A stretch of DNA of 64,000 nt, from NCBI GenBank assembly GCA_001785865.1, contig MFUZ01000006.1, positions 45,674-109,673 on the forward strand. Direction: 5' to 3'. Every line of letters begins with the position of its first letter. Positions within the stretch are counted from its first letter, which is position 1. The notes below the pieces were generated by a model. It worked only from the letters and a program-made list of their open reading frames with translations. It made no database searches and had not been told where the DNA came from. The stretch is from Candidatus Nomurabacteria bacterium RIFCSPLOWO2_01_FULL_41_18. GTDB taxonomy: Bacteria; Patescibacteriota; Minisyncoccia; Phycocordibacterales; UBA9973. The translations under genes and the position numbers were made by a program. Positions 37,377 through 46,683 of the stretch are shown in pieces.

Positions 37377-38876
37377 ATGAAAACTAATTCAATTGAAATT
37401 TTTCCGAGCTTGGAAGAGTTTCGGAATTTGTCGGTGAAAGGTAACCTTGTGCCAGTGTTTGCGATACTAAGTTCTGATAACGACACCCCTGTCCAAGTGT
37501 TTCAGAAACTTCGGACGGAGTATTCTTTTCTTCTTGAGTCTGCAGAACGGACGGGACAAATGGGGCGGTACTCATTTGTGGGTAGGAATCCGGTCGTTAT
37601 TTTTCGCAGTAGTGGAAAGACTATCACTATTACCGAAGGGGGAAACATTCAGACTTTTGAAGTGAAGGATGATCCTCTTTCGGAATTAGAACGTTTCATG
37701 AGTCGGTATCGTTACGTGCCCATTACTGGTCTGCCTCAATTTACTGGAGGGGCAGTTGGTTATTTGGGTTACGAAGCCGTTTGTTCCTTTGAACCCAAGA
37801 AACTCAAGGTAGCGAAAAATGACGTTCTAGCGACTCCAGAGAATATCTTCATGATTGCAGAGCAAGTAGTGTGCTTCGATCATTTAGAGCGTCGCTTGTA
37901 TCTCATCTCCAACGCTTCCATTGCAGATGGAGATGTCGCTGGAGCATACGAGAAGGCTTGCCGGGAAGTGGTGGAGCTTGCAAATAGTCTACAGAAGCCC
38001 CCAAACTTACCTTATGTTTCGTATCAAAACAAAATTCCTGAAATTAGTTTTAAAAGCAATCTCACAGAAGGACGATTCAAGGAAATGGTGGGAGAGGCGA
38101 AAAAGTTAATTCTCTCTGGGGATATAATACAAGTTGTCTTGTCTCAAAGGTTTGAAGTGGAATACACAGGAGATCCTCTTCATCTTTATCGGACACTGTG
38201 GATGGTCAATCCTTCGCCCTATATGTTTTGCATTACTTTTGGAAATGAACTTTCGATTGTCGGAGGTTCTCCTGAAGTGCATGTGAAATGCATAGACGGC
38301 AAAGTGCAGATACGTCCTATCGCTGGAACAAGAAAACGGGGTGAAACTCCCGAAAAAGATGCGGAGCTTGCAGTAGAGCTTCTCGAAGATCCAAAGGAGC
38401 AAGCAGAACATGTGATGCTTCTTGATTTGGCACGCAATGACATTGGCAGAATCGCAAAATATGGATCAGTTAAGGTGACCGAGAAATTCCAGATTGAGAG
38501 ATTTAGTCATGTCATGCACATCGTGTCAAACGTTGTTGGGGAGAAATTAGATGGTCTTAGTTCATACGATGTTATGCGAGCTAGCTTTCCTGCAGGTACT
38601 GTTTCTGGAGCACCCAAAGTTCGTGCAATGCAGATCATAAGCGAGCTTGAGCTAGACAAGAGGGGTGTCTATTCAGGAGCTGTCGGGTACTTTGGTTTTG
38701 ACGGCAATCTTGATTCCTGTATTGCACTTCGCACTGTTGTCATAAAAGATGGCAAGGCATATGTGCAGGCTGGAGCTGGAATTGTTCATGAATCAACACC
38801 CGAGGGTGAATTTGAGGAAACTCGAAACAAAGCTCGGGGAATGTTGCTCGCCATCGCTCGAGCAAATGCAATGTGA
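37377..38876 (+). CDS. anthranilate synthase component I family (TrpE/PabB-type chorismate-utilising enzyme)
   Basis: LLEDPKEQAEHVMLLDLARNDIGRI matches the AEHxMLVDLxRND motif. PYMFCITFGNELSIVGGSPE, IRPIAGT.KRG and GAGIVHESTPEGEFEETRNKA are also present. GC is visibly higher than in neighbouring genes. Confidence 0.8.
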   Translation: MKTNSIEIFPSLEEFRNLSVKGNLVPVFAILSSDNDTPVQVFQKLRTEYSFLLESAERTGQMGRYSFVGRNPVVIFRSSGKTITITEGGNIQTFEVKDDPLSELERFMSRYRYVPITGLPQFTGGAVGYLGYEAVCSFEPKKLKVAKNDVLATPENIFMIAEQVVCFDHLERRLYLISNASIADGDVAGAYEKACREVVELANSLQKPPNLPYVSYQNKIPEISFKSNLTEGRFKEMVGEAKKLILSGDIIQVVLSQRFEVEYTGDPLHLYRTLWMVNPSPYMFCITFGNELSIVGGSPEVHVKCIDGKVQIRPIAGTRKRGETPEKDAELAVELLEDPKEQAEHVMLLDLARNDIGRIAKYGSVKVTEKFQIERFSHVMHIVSNVVGEKLDGLSSYDVMRASFPAGTVSGAPKVRAMQIISELELDKRGVYSGAVGYFGFDGNLDSCIALRTVVIKDGKAYVQAGAGIVHESTPEGEFEETRNKARGMLLAIARANAM

Positions 38877-38896
38877 TTAGCGATGAAAAAATTGGG

Positions 38897-38923
38897 GGCG
38901 TTGCGCGATATTCGCGCAACGCC
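38897..38923. terminator. GC-rich hairpin after the TrpE-like gene
   Basis: GGCGTTGCGCGA-tat-TCGCGCAACGCC, a 12-bp perfect stem. The U-tract on the + side is weak; there is an A-run upstream. Confidence 0.45.
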
Positions 38924-38966
38924 TACCCAATATTAGTATTATTAAAATCTAATAAAACATAAATTT

Positions 38967-39656
38967 ATGAAAACTGTAGGAATAATTGGTGGTCTTGGAC
39001 CAGAAACAACGTCTGAATTTTATTTAGAACTAATTTTCTCGTGTCGAAAAATAAATCGAATTAATTATCCACATATTTTAATAAATAGTATTCCTTTACC
39101 ATTTAACATAGAAGAGAGTGCAATTGCTGAGGGAGTGGGAGAGGAAAAATGTTTACCATATCTTATTGATTCCGCAAAGAGCTTAGAAAAAGCTGGTGCT
39201 AATTTTTTAGTACTACCATGTAACTCTCTACATGTATTTATAAATGATATTAGAAATGCAGTAAAAATTCCTGTTTTGAGTATTTTAGAGGAAACTGCTA
39301 AATTTCTGAAAAATGAAGGAGTAGGAAAAGTTGGGATTATAGCCACTCCGATAACAATTAGAAATAAACTATATGAAAAATTCTTAACAAGGGGTGGAAT
39401 TAGACAAATAACGCCTGACAGTCTTCAGCAAGCCAAAATAGGAAAATTAATTCACAATCTTGTTTCAAATAGATATGACAATAGAGATAGAGAGCTATTA
39501 ATAAAAATAATTGAAGATTTTGCTAAAGGAAAAGTTGAGCATGTTATTTTAGCTTGCACAGATTTGCAATTATTAATGCCTCAACATAATGATATAAAAA
39601 TCTATGACACAATGAAAATTTTAGCTGATGCAACAGTAAAGAAAATTGTGTCGTAA
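38967..39656 (+). CDS. Asp/Glu racemase family protein (aspartate racemase-like)
   Basis: GIIGGLGPETTSEFY, LVLPCNSLH and ILACTDLQLL correspond to the two catalytic Cys motifs of PF01177. Confidence 0.75.
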   Translation: MKTVGIIGGLGPETTSEFYLELIFSCRKINRINYPHILINSIPLPFNIEESAIAEGVGEEKCLPYLIDSAKSLEKAGANFLVLPCNSLHVFINDIRNAVKIPVLSILEETAKFLKNEGVGKVGIIATPITIRNKLYEKFLTRGGIRQITPDSLQQAKIGKLIHNLVSNRYDNRDRELLIKIIEDFAKGKVEHVILACTDLQLLMPQHNDIKIYDTMKILADATVKKIVS

Positions 39657-39806
39657 AAATCCTTGCATTTTTGTGTGGATATGCTATATTCTAACCGTGA
39701 ATAAAAACATACAAGCAAATAGTTATTTCTTTTTCGGCTTTAGCCACAACTTTAGAAGGCTGATATTTGCGCTGTAAAAATACTTAAAACAAAAACTTAC
39801 AACTCA

Positions 39807-39844
39807 AACACCAGCCTTCGGAAGGGCTGGTGTTCTCGTTTTGC
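39807..39844 (+). terminator. Rho-independent terminator
   Basis: AACACCAGCC-ttcggaag-GGCTGGTGTT followed by ctcgTTTT. Confidence 0.6.
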
Positions 39845-39892
39845 GGGGATAGTAGTACAACAATAAACTTGGTCGTTGAAAACAAAAAACTT

Positions 39893-40192
39893 ATGCCTAT
39901 TAGCAACAGACTACTCAGTGGACCCTCGTTTGGTATTTTGACAGATGTGAGGGTGAAAAAGAAAAGCATCTCTACAACACCCAGGCCAGAAAAATTCAAG
40001 CTCGTCGCGGATTTTAAAACAGGAAGTGGGGTAACGGTCAAACGAGACACGATCGGTATCTCTATTCCACATAAACCGCAGGATTGGATGACGGTTGCTG
40101 TGTGGGTGCCAAAAGATTTTGTCAGGCTTAAAATTCCCTGCAAGCCTGGAGAAATCGTTATTCGACGAGTTTTGGTTGAGTCAGTGGCTTAA
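39893..40192 (+). CDS. small hypothetical protein
   Basis: An ORF bracketed by two + strand terminators. The start is set at MPISNRLL, because the upstream GTG-initiated part overlaps the terminator hairpin. The competing - strand ORF 39784-40143 was rejected. Confidence 0.3.
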   Translation: MPISNRLLSGPSFGILTDVRVKKKSISTTPRPEKFKLVADFKTGSGVTVKRDTIGISIPHKPQDWMTVAVWVPKDFVRLKIPCKPGEIVIRRVLVESVA

Positions 40193-40230
40193 CCAAATGG
40201 CTACAATATCGCGTCCATAGCCAGACGCAA

Positions 40231-40267
40231 AACGGCGGACGTTCTCATTGAGAGCGCCCGCCGTTTT
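40231..40267 (+). terminator. Rho-independent terminator
   Basis: AACGGCGG...CCGCCGTT followed by TTTATTTTTAT. Confidence 0.55.
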
Positions 40268-40315
40268 ATTTTTATACTGTTTTTATTTTAAAGTTTGTGA
40301 TAAACTATTTTTAAT

Positions 40316-41650
40316 ATGCAAAACAGAATATATATTAAAGATTTAAAGGAAAATACAGGTAAAGAAATCATTATTGCTGGGTGGGTGGACGTGAGAAGGG
40401 ATCAGGGGAAAATGGTGTTTTTTGATATGCGAGACATGACTGGAAAGGTGCAATGTGTGGCATTGCCTAGCAGGGCGGAAGTGATAGAAAAAGCAAAAGA
40501 AATTCGCCCTGAATGGGTTTTGAAAATTACTGGTCTTGTGAATAAACGTCCACCGAAAAATGTAAAAGCTGGGGCATTAAATGGGGATGTGGAGTTGGAA
40601 GTGACTGGGATTGAAGTTCTCTCAAAGACTACTGAGATACCTTTTGAACTTAATGAATCAGTGAACCTAGATACTCACCTCGACAATCTTCCATACACGA
40701 TACGTTCAGAACGTTCAAAAGATATTTTTACTATGCAATCCAGCATTTTAGAAGCATATCGTTCTTCACTTCGTTCTCAAGGATTTACTGAATTTATGTC
40801 TCCGGGGATTGTGGGAGGGGATGCTGAAGGCGGGTCTGCTGTTTTTAAAGTGGATTATTTTAAGGATCATAAAGCATATTTGGCGACGAGTCCGCAGTTT
40901 TATAAACAAATAATGGTTGGTGCTTTTGAACGTGCATGTACTATTGCTAAAGTATTTCGTGCTGAAAAAAGTGCAACGACTAGACATTTGAGTGAAATAA
41001 CTCAGATGGATTTTGAAATGGGTTTTGTTGAAAACGAGAGAGATGCTATGAAAGTTCTTGAGAATGCTGTTCGCGATACTGTGAATACTGTAGGGAAATT
41101 GCATAACGATATTTTTACGCGTTTTAATACGACTGTACCTCTAATTCCTGCTGAAATTCCAATATTTACTTTAGCTGAAGCACAAGATCTTGTTGCGAAA
41201 GAATTTAATCGCACTATTGAAGACACTAACGATATGTCACCGGAAGATGAACGTCAACTTTGTGAATACGTAAAGAAAAATCTTAAATCTGATTTTGTTT
41301 TTATCACTAGATTTCCCACAAAGAAGCGCGCTTTTTATACTTACGAAGAACCAAGTGAAGCACCTTTTTCTCGCGGTTTCGACTTGCTTTTCCGAGGATT
41401 GGAAATAAACAGCGGAGCGCAACGAATACATAATCATGAAGACCTCGTAAGACGTATCGTAGAAAGGGGCATGGATCCAGAAAAGTTTTCATATTATCTA
41501 CAAACATTCAAAGTTGGTATGCCTCCGCACGCTGGGTCATCTACTGGCTTGGAACGTTTTACTGCTAGGATGCTTGAGGTTACTAATGTCAAAGAAGCGA
41601 CGGCGTTTCCTAGAGACATGACTCGCATAGATACTAGGCTTTCAGAGTAA
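40316..41650 (+). CDS. aspS: aspartyl-tRNA synthetase, archaeal/eukaryotic type (possibly non-discriminating)
   Basis: Class IIb enzyme, 444 aa. Motif 2 region FRAEKSATTRHLSEITQMDFEMGF resembles archaeal AspRS FRAEehnTrRHLnE...IDiEmsF rather than AsnRS. Motif 3 GMPPHAGSSTGLERF. Confidence 0.7.
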   Translation: MQNRIYIKDLKENTGKEIIIAGWVDVRRDQGKMVFFDMRDMTGKVQCVALPSRAEVIEKAKEIRPEWVLKITGLVNKRPPKNVKAGALNGDVELEVTGIEVLSKTTEIPFELNESVNLDTHLDNLPYTIRSERSKDIFTMQSSILEAYRSSLRSQGFTEFMSPGIVGGDAEGGSAVFKVDYFKDHKAYLATSPQFYKQIMVGAFERACTIAKVFRAEKSATTRHLSEITQMDFEMGFVENERDAMKVLENAVRDTVNTVGKLHNDIFTRFNTTVPLIPAEIPIFTLAEAQDLVAKEFNRTIEDTNDMSPEDERQLCEYVKKNLKSDFVFITRFPTKKRAFYTYEEPSEAPFSRGFDLLFRGLEINSGAQRIHNHEDLVRRIVERGMDPEKFSYYLQTFKVGMPPHAGSSTGLERFTARMLEVTNVKEATAFPRDMTRIDTRLSE

Positions 41651-41690
41651 ATATACGTATTCGTATACGTATATAAATAAGTATAAGTAA

Positions 41691-42032
41691 ATGAATTATA
41701 TAATTAAGGGTATTGTTATAATAGGTGATGGATACGGCAGAAAAATTGGATTTCCGACAGTGAATTTGGAAACTGAACAAGAGGGGATTTATGCGGAAGG
41801 AGTCTACTCAGGGAGTGCTATATTAGATGGAAAGAAATACAAAGCGGGAATTGTGATAGGGCCCAAAATTGAATCAAAGAATAAAGTAGAAGCACATTTG
41901 ATAGGGTATAGTGGAGATGCATATGGAAAAGAAGTGACTTTAGAAACAAAAAGTTTTTTGAGAGAATACAAAAAATTTTATACAGAGTCAGAATTAATAG
42001 CGCAGATTAAAGAAGATTTAAAATTATGTTAA
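41691..42032 (+). CDS. stand-alone riboflavin kinase domain protein
   Basis: GIVIIGDGYGRKIGFPTVNL matches the GFPTANL flavokinase motif. 113 aa with no FAD-synthetase domain. Confidence 0.7.
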   Translation: MNYIIKGIVIIGDGYGRKIGFPTVNLETEQEGIYAEGVYSGSAILDGKKYKAGIVIGPKIESKNKVEAHLIGYSGDAYGKEVTLETKSFLREYKKFYTESELIAQIKEDLKLC

Positions 42033-42952
42033 AAGATTACACAGGTCCTATTTTTATTTTAATTGCAGCGACGCTTTGGGCGTTTGATGGGCTGATTCGT
42101 CAACATTTATATTCACTACCGCCAATTACTATAATATTCTTCGAGCATTTGATTGGCTTAATAATTTTATCTCCATTTGTTTTTAAGTATGTTTTCAAAA
42201 CCAAACTTTCCAGCCGAGAATGGTGGCTCGTTGTTTTAATTGCAATTTTGAGTGGGCTTTTTGGGACATTGTGGTTTACAACTGCTCTTGGCAAAGTACA
42301 TTTTATTTCTATTTCAGTGGTGTTTCTTTTACAAAAACTTCAGCCCATATTTGCCATCACTACAGCAAGAATCTTTTTGAAAGAAAAGCTCGACCAGAGA
42401 TACATAAAATGGGCAGTGCTTGCGTTAGTAGCTGCTTATTTTGTGACATTCAAAAATGGATATGTGAATTTTGCAACAGGTGAGGGGACTATTATCGCCG
42501 CCCTGTATGCCCTCGGTGCGGCCTTTGCTTGGGGGTCTTCCACTACATTTTCCAAAATGCTTTTAGGAAAAGTGGATTTCAAAGTCAGTACTTTTTACAG
42601 ATTTCTGATTACTCTAGTTGTTGCTTTGCCACTTTTATTTTTATTTGGACATAATGCAGAAGTTGCAAGTTTGGCCATTCCAAATATTTCTCAATTTGGA
42701 TTTTTAGCACTTATCGCTGTATCTACAGGCATGGTTGCGCTTCTTATTTACTACAAAGGACTTGCAAAAACCCCTGTACATATTTCCACAATTTTGGAGC
42801 TAACTTTTCCTTTTGTAGCTATTTTATTAGATTTTATTGTAAATCACACAATACTTTCTGTCACCCAATGGATTGCGGCAATAGTGCTCGTATTTAGTAT
42901 TTATCAAATTGCTAGATTGCGAGAGAATTTTTCAAATGGATCTACTCAATAA
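42026..42952 (+). CDS. DMT superfamily (EamA-like) transporter
   Basis: About ten TM helices in two halves. 308 aa. Confidence 0.55.
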   Translation: MLKDYTGPIFILIAATLWAFDGLIRQHLYSLPPITIIFFEHLIGLIILSPFVFKYVFKTKLSSREWWLVVLIAILSGLFGTLWFTTALGKVHFISISVVFLLQKLQPIFAITTARIFLKEKLDQRYIKWAVLALVAAYFVTFKNGYVNFATGEGTIIAALYALGAAFAWGSSTTFSKMLLGKVDFKVSTFYRFLITLVVALPLLFLFGHNAEVASLAIPNISQFGFLALIAVSTGMVALLIYYKGLAKTPVHISTILELTFPFVAILLDFIVNHTILSVTQWIAAIVLVFSIYQIARLRENFSNGSTQ

Positions 42953-43292
42953 AAAATGTGTGCCGTGTGAAGGGGGAGCGAAGCCTTTAAATCATGAGGA
43001 GATTTTGAATTATATGAGTGAGGTATCTGGCTGGAAATTGACAGAAGATCAGAGTCCAAATTCCCAGAAATTTGGCTTAGGCGCAAAAATTTCTAAGGAA
43101 TTTAAATTTAAAGATTTTATAGGAGCGATAAATTTTGTTAATTCTGTATCCGAAATTGCCGAATCAGAAGGCCACCATCCAGATATTCATATACATTACA
43201 ACAAAGTTCTGCTCGAACTTTCCACTCACGCTATAGGCGGACTTTCCGAAAATGATTTTATTCTTGCGGCGAAGATTGATGTAAGTAAATAA
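42936..43292 (+). CDS. pterin-4a-carbinolamine dehydratase (PCD/DCoH) family
   Basis: EGHHPDIHIHYNKVLLELSTHAIGGLSENDFILAAKID fits [EDKH]-x3-H-[HN]-P-x5-[YW]-x12-H-x7-10-[LI]-[ST]-x2-D. The start is set at MDLLNKK. Confidence 0.7.
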   Translation: MDLLNKKCVPCEGGAKPLNHEEILNYMSEVSGWKLTEDQSPNSQKFGLGAKISKEFKFKDFIGAINFVNSVSEIAESEGHHPDIHIHYNKVLLELSTHAIGGLSENDFILAAKIDVSK

Positions 43293-43295
43293 AGT

Positions 43296-43862
43296 ATGAA
43301 ATCTGATGAATTAAAAAATGTAGAAGAAGAAAATTTCAAGATAGAAGATGCGAAGCCTGAAGACGTAGAAGCGATAAGAGCTATTGTGAAAGATGCTTGG
43401 CTTGAGATTTATCCAAATGAAAAATATGGGATCACGACTGAAGATATTTCTGCTATCGATTGGTTTAATTCAGAAAGTTTGGCGACAAGGAGAAAAGAAA
43501 TTATTGAAAATAAAGATACTGTACATACTTTTGTTTTTAAAAATGATAAAAAAGAAATCGTTGGATTTTGTAAAGTTTTGAAATTTAAAGATTATGGAGA
43601 AATAGATGCGATGTATGTAATACCAGAGCTCCAAAGACGTGGTTTAGGTAAAAAACTATTGCTAAAAGGACTTGAATGGTTAGGGTCAGATTTAAGTATT
43701 AGGTTGGTAGTTGTAAAATACAATTTTAATGCAATTGAATTTTATAAAAAATTTGGTTTCAAAGAAACTGGAAATAAAGTTGTTTACGAGGGAACACAAC
43801 TTTCAAGCGGGAAAGATATCCCTAGAATTGAAATGATAAAAAAAGCTACTTTAGTCAACTAA
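43296..43862 (+). CDS. GNAT-family N-acetyltransferase
   Basis: RRGLGKKLL (R/Q-x-x-G-x-G/A acetyl-CoA motif). 188 aa. Confidence 0.65.
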   Translation: MKSDELKNVEEENFKIEDAKPEDVEAIRAIVKDAWLEIYPNEKYGITTEDISAIDWFNSESLATRRKEIIENKDTVHTFVFKNDKKEIVGFCKVLKFKDYGEIDAMYVIPELQRRGLGKKLLLKGLEWLGSDLSIRLVVVKYNFNAIEFYKKFGFKETGNKVVYEGTQLSSGKDIPRIEMIKKATLVN

Positions 43863-43942
43863 AGTAAAGAGTGAGGTGTGGATAACTTTAATTAATTAAA
43901 ATAAGTGTATTTGAAAGATTAAAAATCTTATAGATAAAAAAT

Positions 43943-43974
43943 AAAAAGAGCGGGCCATTCTGTTTGGCCCGCTC
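43943..43974 (-). terminator. Rho-independent terminator for pepN (- strand)
   Basis: GAGCGGGCC-attctgttt-GGCCCGCTC, followed on the - strand by a T-run. Confidence 0.65.
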
Positions 43975-44144
43975 ATGATTGGATCACATCCATTTTATCG
44001 TCGACCGATACCGGAGCGGCGAATACAGGGAGTGACATGTTGGTAAGTCATAACCCAAAACCTTTTGTCGTGAATTAAGACCCTTTGTCATGTTTCGCCT
44101 GTATCAGGAGACCCAAAATCATCTTACTTTTTAATGACATAATG

Positions 44145-46661
44145 TCAATTTTTATTCAAAAACTTCTCTATTTCCCTCCCATCCCTTTTAAGCCATGCGA
44201 CGTTGCCTTCGAGGTGCTCTAGGACTTGCTGGATTGAACGTTTGGCGCCGGGGGCATCGTGGGTGGTAAAGAATTTTTTAAAAGATTTTAGATGCTTTTC
44301 CTCTGCACTGCCAGCTATGGCTTTGACTAGTCGCGCGAGCGTATGCCCGCCGTCGCCATAACGCGTTACAAGCGTTTTCCAATTTTTTTGCACAAAGTTT
44401 AGCCAGATATCCCGTCCCATAGGATTTACTCCCACAGATGAGAGGATACCGATGGTGTCTTGGGTCCGCACATCATTGCTGAAGGCGAATTCACAGGTGT
44501 GTTTTAATATCTTTTTATCTCGGAAATCTCCCAATGAGCCGCCGATCCTGTTTTTCTCTTCATGTAGAGTTTCTTTCTTGTATTTTTTAATGAATATATC
44601 GTACTCTTTTTTTGCGCTAAATTTGGCGATAATTAAATATACAGCTCTACGGATATCTGGATGTACATGTATATTTTTTTGCATTTTAACAAAGATTTTT
44701 TTTGCTTCATTTATTATTTTTTTATTGCCAGCGAGTCCAGCGCGAGAAATTGCAAGTGAACGAAGTAGGGTGTCAGTATGCATTTCATTTTTCTTCTTTT
44801 TCCAGCCTAATTTTATAGCCAGGGGAGAGAATAAATTTAAAATAAATCTATTCAAATTTCCCCGAAGACCGTCTTCGGGGAGGAGAGCTTCAATACGTCC
44901 GAGGCCCATTGCAAGCTCCAGCCAGACAGTGTAATTATCTTCTTTTTTATACGCCGACAAGAATTCTAGTGCATCCGTGGTAGGAATAGTCCCTGCTTCA
45001 GCAAGGGCAAAAAGGTCTCTAATAATACCAAGCCTATCGCGAGCAGACAGTGATTTATTTTCTACTGGTATTTTTAATTTTTCTAAAAGTTCTTTAGAAT
45101 ATGCCGTGCGATAAAAACCCGCTTCGCCAAAATTTACTTTATTTTGTTTAAAAATTATTGGAATTTCCCATTTAGTTTTACTTGCCCCGCTATGGCGTGG
45201 GTCTTTTGATTTTTTTGCTGATATCGGACTTGCAAAGAATCTTTTTTGAGAGAAATTTATTTTGCCTTTTATCATTTCTGCATGCACTACAGGATAGCCT
45301 GGCTTGCTCGTCCAATTATGCATCATCTGTGCAACAGGTTTTTTGGAAATTTTCTCAAAAGCTTGCCAAAGGTGCACAGTCTCAGTATTTTTGTAACTAT
45401 GTTTTTTTAAATAATATCGCAAGCCGTTTCTGAAATCTTTTTCTCCCAAGTAATCTGCAAGCATTCGGATAACTGACGCTCCTTTGGAATAAGAAACTTC
45501 ATCAAATATTTCGCCAATTTCATCAGGATGATGCACTGGTATTTCTATCGGATGAGTATGAAGAAGAGAATCTAGTCTAAGAGCTGTGCCGAGCTCGTTT
45601 GTGGAGAATTGGGTCCAGATGTCCCATTTTGGGAAAAGTTTATCTATAGCTAGATATTCTATATATGAAGCGAAGCCTTCATTGAGCCACAAGTGCGTCC
45701 ACCACTCCATCGTTACTAAATTACCGAACCATTGATGAGCTATCTCGTGGGCGATGACCAATGCCACCCATTGTTTATTTGAGAGGGAAGAATGATCTTC
45801 ATCAACCAAGAGCGCAGATTCGCGGTATGTGATTGCGCCCCAGTTTTCCATTGCTCCAGAAGTGAAGTCTGGAATGGCTATCATGTCGAGGACTGGCAGG
45901 GGATAAGGTATGTCAAAATATTTATCATAAAATTCTAAAGTTTTTACAGCGCAGTCAAGGGCAAATTTTGCTTGGTGTTTTTTACCCGGAGTGGTGAAAA
46001 CGCGGACTTGCACGTTGTTTTTTGTTTTAGATTCTAAATATTCAAAGTCACCAATAATAAATGCCAAAAGATAAGTGGACATTTTAGGAGTTGGGGAAAA
46101 TTTTATAATCTCATATCCAGCATCATGTTCACCAATCGAAACTGGTAAAGTATTTGAAATGGCTGTTTTGCCCTTTGGAACTATGAGTGAGACGTGGAAG
46201 ACTGCTTTTTGCGCCGGCTCGTCAAAACAAGGGAAAGCCCTCCGCGCATCTGTGGCTTCAAATTGCGTCGTGGCCATGTGGTATTCTTTTTCTGAAATAT
46301 TGTATTTACTTCTGTAAAACCCTCGCATTTTGTCATTGAGAATACCCTTAAAAACTAAAGTTAATTTTATTTTCCCTTTAGCAATATTTTTTTGGAATAA
46401 AAAAGTTGCTGTTTCTTTTTCTTCATCATAAGAAATTCTGCCGAAAACTTTCTCTTTATTAATTAAAACTTCTACTGTCTCAATTTCTAGTTCTTTTGAG
46501 TGGAGGGTTAATGATTTAGTAGGTTTTAAGATAGAAATATTTATCGTTTCAATACCTTGAAATGTGAAGTTGTGTAAATCTGGTTTCAACTGTATGTCGT
46601 ATTCTATAGGAACAACATTTCTAGACAATCGGACGTTCTTGGCAGTATTTTTCTTTTGCAT
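44145..46661 (-). CDS. pepN: aminopeptidase N (M1 family)
   Basis: GAMENWG and HEIAHQWFGNLVTMEWWTHLWLNEGFA (HExxH-x18-E). 838 aa. Confidence 0.9.
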   Translation of the reverse strand: MQKKNTAKNVRLSRNVVPIEYDIQLKPDLHNFTFQGIETINISILKPTKSLTLHSKELEIETVEVLINKEKVFGRISYDEEKETATFLFQKNIAKGKIKLTLVFKGILNDKMRGFYRSKYNISEKEYHMATTQFEATDARRAFPCFDEPAQKAVFHVSLIVPKGKTAISNTLPVSIGEHDAGYEIIKFSPTPKMSTYLLAFIIGDFEYLESKTKNNVQVRVFTTPGKKHQAKFALDCAVKTLEFYDKYFDIPYPLPVLDMIAIPDFTSGAMENWGAITYRESALLVDEDHSSLSNKQWVALVIAHEIAHQWFGNLVTMEWWTHLWLNEGFASYIEYLAIDKLFPKWDIWTQFSTNELGTALRLDSLLHTHPIEIPVHHPDEIGEIFDEVSYSKGASVIRMLADYLGEKDFRNGLRYYLKKHSYKNTETVHLWQAFEKISKKPVAQMMHNWTSKPGYPVVHAEMIKGKINFSQKRFFASPISAKKSKDPRHSGASKTKWEIPIIFKQNKVNFGEAGFYRTAYSKELLEKLKIPVENKSLSARDRLGIIRDLFALAEAGTIPTTDALEFLSAYKKEDNYTVWLELAMGLGRIEALLPEDGLRGNLNRFILNLFSPLAIKLGWKKKKNEMHTDTLLRSLAISRAGLAGNKKIINEAKKIFVKMQKNIHVHPDIRRAVYLIIAKFSAKKEYDIFIKKYKKETLHEEKNRIGGSLGDFRDKKILKHTCEFAFSNDVRTQDTIGILSSVGVNPMGRDIWLNFVQKNWKTLVTRYGDGGHTLARLVKAIAGSAEEKHLKSFKKFFTTHDAPGAKRSIQQVLEHLEGNVAWLKRDGREIEKFLNKN

Positions 46662-46683
46662 AAAGAAATGTTAACATATAAGG

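Noticed and set aside
39784-40143. 119-aa - strand ORF competing with the + ORF at 39830-40192
   Set aside because: Two + oriented terminators bracket the region (39807-39844 and 40231-40267, each with a U-tract on the + strand). This favours a + strand transcript. The - ORF would have a terminator hairpin inside its 3' end. Confidence in either call is low.
44452-44934. 160-aa + strand ORF opposite pepN; also 46818-47399 opposite scpA, 53136-53624 opposite the surface protein, 55813-56253 opposite gltX and 56561-57025 opposite the M23 peptidase
   Set aside because: All are embedded antisense ORFs with low-complexity composition.
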